A program made the position numbers and the translations under genes. A stretch of DNA of 63,740 nt, counting the filler, from Craspedostauros australis (taxonomy: Eukaryota), in the NCBI GenBank assembly GCA_030167865.1. It is 8 parts of 8 records of this genome, joined end to end, with 100 filler letters (N's around TTAATTAATTAA, not from the genome) between each part and the next. Parts side by side here need not be neighbours in the genome. Positions count along the whole stretch, not along the records: positions 60,130 to 61,535 come from JALAGF010006333.1; positions 61,636 to 63,740 come from JALAGF010006342.1; 6 more parts are not named here. One strand, given 5' to 3'. Every line of letters starts with the position of its first letter. Within the stretch, counting starts at the first letter, position 1. Positions 60,130-63,740 of the stretch are shown piece by piece. The notes beneath the pieces are model-generated. The model had not been told where the DNA came from and searched no databases. It saw nothing but the letters and a program-made list of their open reading frames with translations.

Positions 60130-61535
60130 CATGATGGGGTGCATCTGCACTCCCGTGATGAATCCGTTGGCCGTGGGGAAGACTCGGTCGAATACGATCT
60201 TCGTTCCGGATCCATTGATGATGTCCATCAGAATGCCGTTGCTACCAAGCTGGTAACCGTTGTACAGAGCCTTGTTCGTGGAGAAAAGGTTCACTGCCAA
60301 TTTCGGTGTGTACTTCACATCATCAAGCCGGATGACGTGGCCAGTGTTGTCTCGTTGCTTGACCTTCAAGCGAATGGATCCCATTTTGGGAGAGTCCAGC
60401 TTNGTGCTGTCTCCCACTTGGACGAATGACTTGATGTGCCGCACGTTGAAGAGAGCGGCGTCTGAATTGACGATGTGACACGAAGCTCCACTGTCGGCGA
60501 GCCAGGTGTCATTGTTGACCTTGTCCTTGTATTTGGTGCTCAGCTTGTGGAGCTGCTCCACGGCTGCTGCAGCTGTATCGGTCATGACGTTGTCTTCGTT
60601 CTCTTCGTTGATGTGGGCTCCATATTCGTTCCATGGATTCTCATGATGTTCGTCGTCGGTCTCATCGGATAGCTGCGCGTAGTCCGATGGAGTCGTGTTG
60701 CTTCGGTGTGATCCTGTGNNNNNNNNNNNNNNNNNNNNNNNNNNNNNNNNNNNNNNNNNNNNNNNNNNNNNNNNNNNNNNNNNNNNNNNNNNNNNNNNNN
60801 NNNNNNNNNNNNNNNNNNNNNNNGCTTCCAGTATGTGGTTGATGACGATCGCATTGGCAAGGATCTCTTCGATTGATTCGAAGTGCTCGGATAGGATGGA
60901 TCCCATCATGTTCACCCATATNNNNNNNNNNNNNNNNNNNNNNNNNNNNNNNNNNNNNNNNNNNNNNNNNNATCGCATTGGCAAGGATCTCTTCGATTGA
61001 TTCGAAGTGCTCGGATAGGATGGACCCCATCATGTTCACCCATATCGGCATGAGTACCCCTCGTGTGATTTCTGGGAACAGTCGCATCCCCGCTTCCATT
61101 ACAGCGTCAAAGATGAGCTGCTTTTGGATTGTTAATGCCGTTGCTGTTGCGTCTGGTGTGACAGTGTGACGGAGTAGATAGTCGACACTGTTGGGATNNN
61201 NNNNNNNNNNNNNNNNNNNNNNNNNNNNNNNNNNNNNNNNNNNNNNNNNNNNNNNNNNNNNNNNNNNNNNNNNNNNNNNNNNNNNNNNNNNNNNNNNNNN
61301 NNNNTCGAAGATGCCCGATCTGTTGTTCCCTGCCGCTGGAGGAGGTGGCGCCGCTGCGCGGTTCGTTCCGCCTTGGCCTTGATTGATGAAGGTTCCCGTT
61401 CTCTCGTATCTCCCAACTTGAGGAGGAGGCATTTCATCGCGGCTTGCCTCATCGTCTTCATCTGCGCCGTCCTCGTCGGCGTCGTCGTCGTCGTCACTCA
61501 TGGCCTCTTCGATGTCGCTATCGTTGGCCTCGTCG
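60130..61535 (-). mobile_element. Ty1/Copia gag-protease fragment
   Basis: TWLADSGASCHIVN, VQVGD, LDDVKYTPKLAVNLFS. Gapped upstream gag-like sequence. Confidence 0.8.
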
Positions 61536-61635
61536 NNNNNNNNNNNNNNNNNNNNNNNNNNNNNNNNNNNNNNNNNNNNTTAATTAATTAANNNNNNNNN
61601 NNNNNNNNNNNNNNNNNNNNNNNNNNNNNNNNNNN

Positions 61636-62242
61636 CAGCGAGTTCGCTGGTGACAAGGACAATCGCATCAGTGTGGGAGGACACCTCGTCCTACTACAGG
61701 GAGTGCCTATCATCTGGAGGTCGAAGGCACAACGCAGCGTGACGCTGAGCTCAACGGAGGCAGAGTACGTTGCACTGTCGGAAGCAGGCAAGGAGATCCG
61801 CTTCCTGNNNNNNNNNNNNNNNNNNNNNNNNNNNNNNNNNNNNNNNNNNNNNNNNNNNNNNNNNNNNNNNNNNNNNNNNNNNNNNNNNNNNNNNNNNNNN
61901 NNNNNNNNNNNNNNNNNNNNNNNNNNNNNNNNNNNNNNNNNNNNNNNNNNNNNNNNNNNNNNNNNNNNNNNNNNNNNNNNNNNNNNNNNNNNNNNNNNNN
62001 NNNNNNNNNNNNNNNNNNNNNNNNNNNNNNNNNNNNNNGAGATCTACGACAGACACAAGGGAGATATCATCCAGCCTCGGTCAGCAGTGGACCGAGAAGA
62101 GTGAGAGGGATGGTGGTGCAAGAGAATGATGGAGTGTGGAGTCTATGGTATGATGTCAATGCGACAATGGAAGGGTGTCAGGAATCGAGGGTGCGACTAT
62201 GTCGTATTATCCTAGATTGCCGCACCTCCCATAATACCAAAA
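61636..62242 (+). mobile_element. Ty1/Copia 3' end: RNase H fragment, PPT and LTR start
   Basis: SEFAGDKDNRISVGG..WRSKAQRSVTLSSTEAEYVALSE with stop at 62104. Purine tract GGAAGGG (62169-62175) followed by TGTCA at 62176. Confidence 0.8.
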
Positions 62243-63372
62243 NNNNNNNNNNNNNNNNNNNNNNNNNNNNNNNNNNNNNNNNNNNNNNNNNNNNNNNNNN
62301 NNNNNNNNNNNNNNNNNNNNNNNNNNNNNNNNNNNNNNNNNNNNNNNNNNNNNNNNNNNNNNNNNNNNNNNNNNNNNNNNNNNNNNNNNNNNNNNNNNNN
62401 NNNNNNNNNNNNNNNNNNNNNNNNNNNNNNNNNNNNNNNNNNGTTAACCTGAAACATCTATGCAAGAACGCAATCACGGATTGAATCGCTCGGAACCCAG
62501 AACATGATTACGTGACCGACAGAGAACCAGCGAAGGAGAACAAAGTGCGGACTGGAACAGCATCGAAGGACTGGACCGATCGTGCCAGAACTCCATGTTC
62601 TGAGCAAGTGTGATTGTTGGTGAACATGTGNNNNNNNNNNNNNNNNNNNNNNNNNNNNNNNNNNNNNNNNNNNNNNNNNNTCAAGAGTATGACGGACGAC
62701 GGACAGACTAATCGTGAGACATGGTTTGAGTGGATTGACGAACTGGCATGGCGAACGATGGATGCGAAAGGGAGACCGGAACACCAAAGTGTTCCAAGCA
62801 TGAGGGTTGACCGGTTAACCTGAAACATCTATGCAAGAACGCAATCACGGATTGAATCGCTCGGAACCCAGAACATGATTACGTGACCGACAGAGAACCA
62901 GCGAAGGAGAACAAAGTGCGGACTGGAACAGCATCGAAGGACTGGACCGATCGTGCCAGAACTCCATGTTCTGAGCAAGTGTGATTGTTGGTGAACATGT
63001 GAGAAGAGTGAGTGAACAACACGAAAGAGTGCACTGAATGAGTGATGGATGTCTGATGAGAAGAGAATGAATCAAGCATCAGCATGTACGCACCTCAGGA
63101 GTGTAGACCGATATCTCAGCAGACGAGCATGGTGAAATGCACTTGCCATGAGCAATGAAATGGGCATGACAGAGAGAGATTGTAATGATGATTGTGAGGG
63201 GCAACTACAGGAGGCCATCAACATCATCATGGGCAAACGAGTCGACGATCTGAGAAATGAATGTGCTGTTCTCACAGTTCTAAAACGGTACAGTTTAATA
63301 AGCATTAGACTCTACTATAACCCCGGATTTCCAACACATGTGTTGTTCTTATTAATGTTTTGTGGTATGACA

Positions 63373-63740
63373 TCAAATCTCAAAGAGTTCTGCTCCATCA
63401 TCCTGATGGTATTGCACAATGACACAAATGGCTTCAAACACATGCTTCTGCTTTTCTGTGCCATGCNNNNNNNNNNNNNNNNNNNNNNNNNNNNNNNNNN
63501 NNNNNNNNNNNNNNNNNNNNNNNNNNNNNNTGCTCTGCTCTTGAAGTTTTCAAGTTCTGGCCCATCGATCTCATTTGGTGTTCACATCATATTCTTTTTC
63601 ATACGACTCGTCCTGTGCCCACGATCAGCAATGATGACTTTTCCACCTGTGATCTAATGCAACAATCCTTCACAACAAATAGTCAAGTCATGTTTACCTC
63701 CTTGGTGGAGCCCGTGGATCCAAACACACTTTAAGTGGTA
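63373..63740 (-). pseudogene. PIF/Harbinger (DDE_Tnp_4-like) transposase C-terminus, decayed
   Basis: Not in the ORF track. The minus frame reads CVWIHGLHQGGKHDLTICCEGLLH*ITGGKVIIADRGH..*TPNEIDGPELENFKSRA..HGTEKQKHVFEAICVIVQY..LFEI*, with stops at 63654-63656 and 63582-63584. Confidence 0.75.

Noticed and set aside
62443..63000. Duplicated block of about 190 bp, and similar short duplicates at 33463-33611, 55590-55678 and 60848-61042
   Set aside because: All are adjacent to gaps and are probably overlap artefacts.

Overview
Eukaryotic DNA, almost certainly from a diatom: GT-AG introns, bipartite plastid presequences with an ASF/GFAP/NAF-type cleavage site, and diatom-style Copia, bZIP and GPCR families. 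The window is not contiguous. It is eight unplaced scaffolds joined by artificial N-TTAATTAATTAA-N spacers, so no neighbourhood inference is valid across those joins. The gene-rich parts encode plastid IspF, a bZIP factor, RBMX2/Snu17, a RAD5-type helicase/RING ligase, an Nnf1-like kinetochore protein, PDX1, eEF1B, a PP2C, a 7TM receptor and several hypothetical proteins. The rest is mostly transposon material: a complete but decayed Copia LTR element (21097-26933, 5-bp TSD CCTGC) inserted into a host ORF, other Copia fragments, a Sola3-like DDD transposase, a decayed Harbinger transposase, a non-LTR fragment bracketed by paired palindromic motifs, and a flavin monooxygenase pseudogene. I found no convincing novel multi-gene system. 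The best leads are an apparent tRNA-Lys(CUU) half-molecule primer site and a chromodomain-like insert in the Copia element, the Sola3-like transposase, and the unit bounded by 41-bp-spaced palindrome pairs. All family assignments come from motif recognition by eye, not from database searches.
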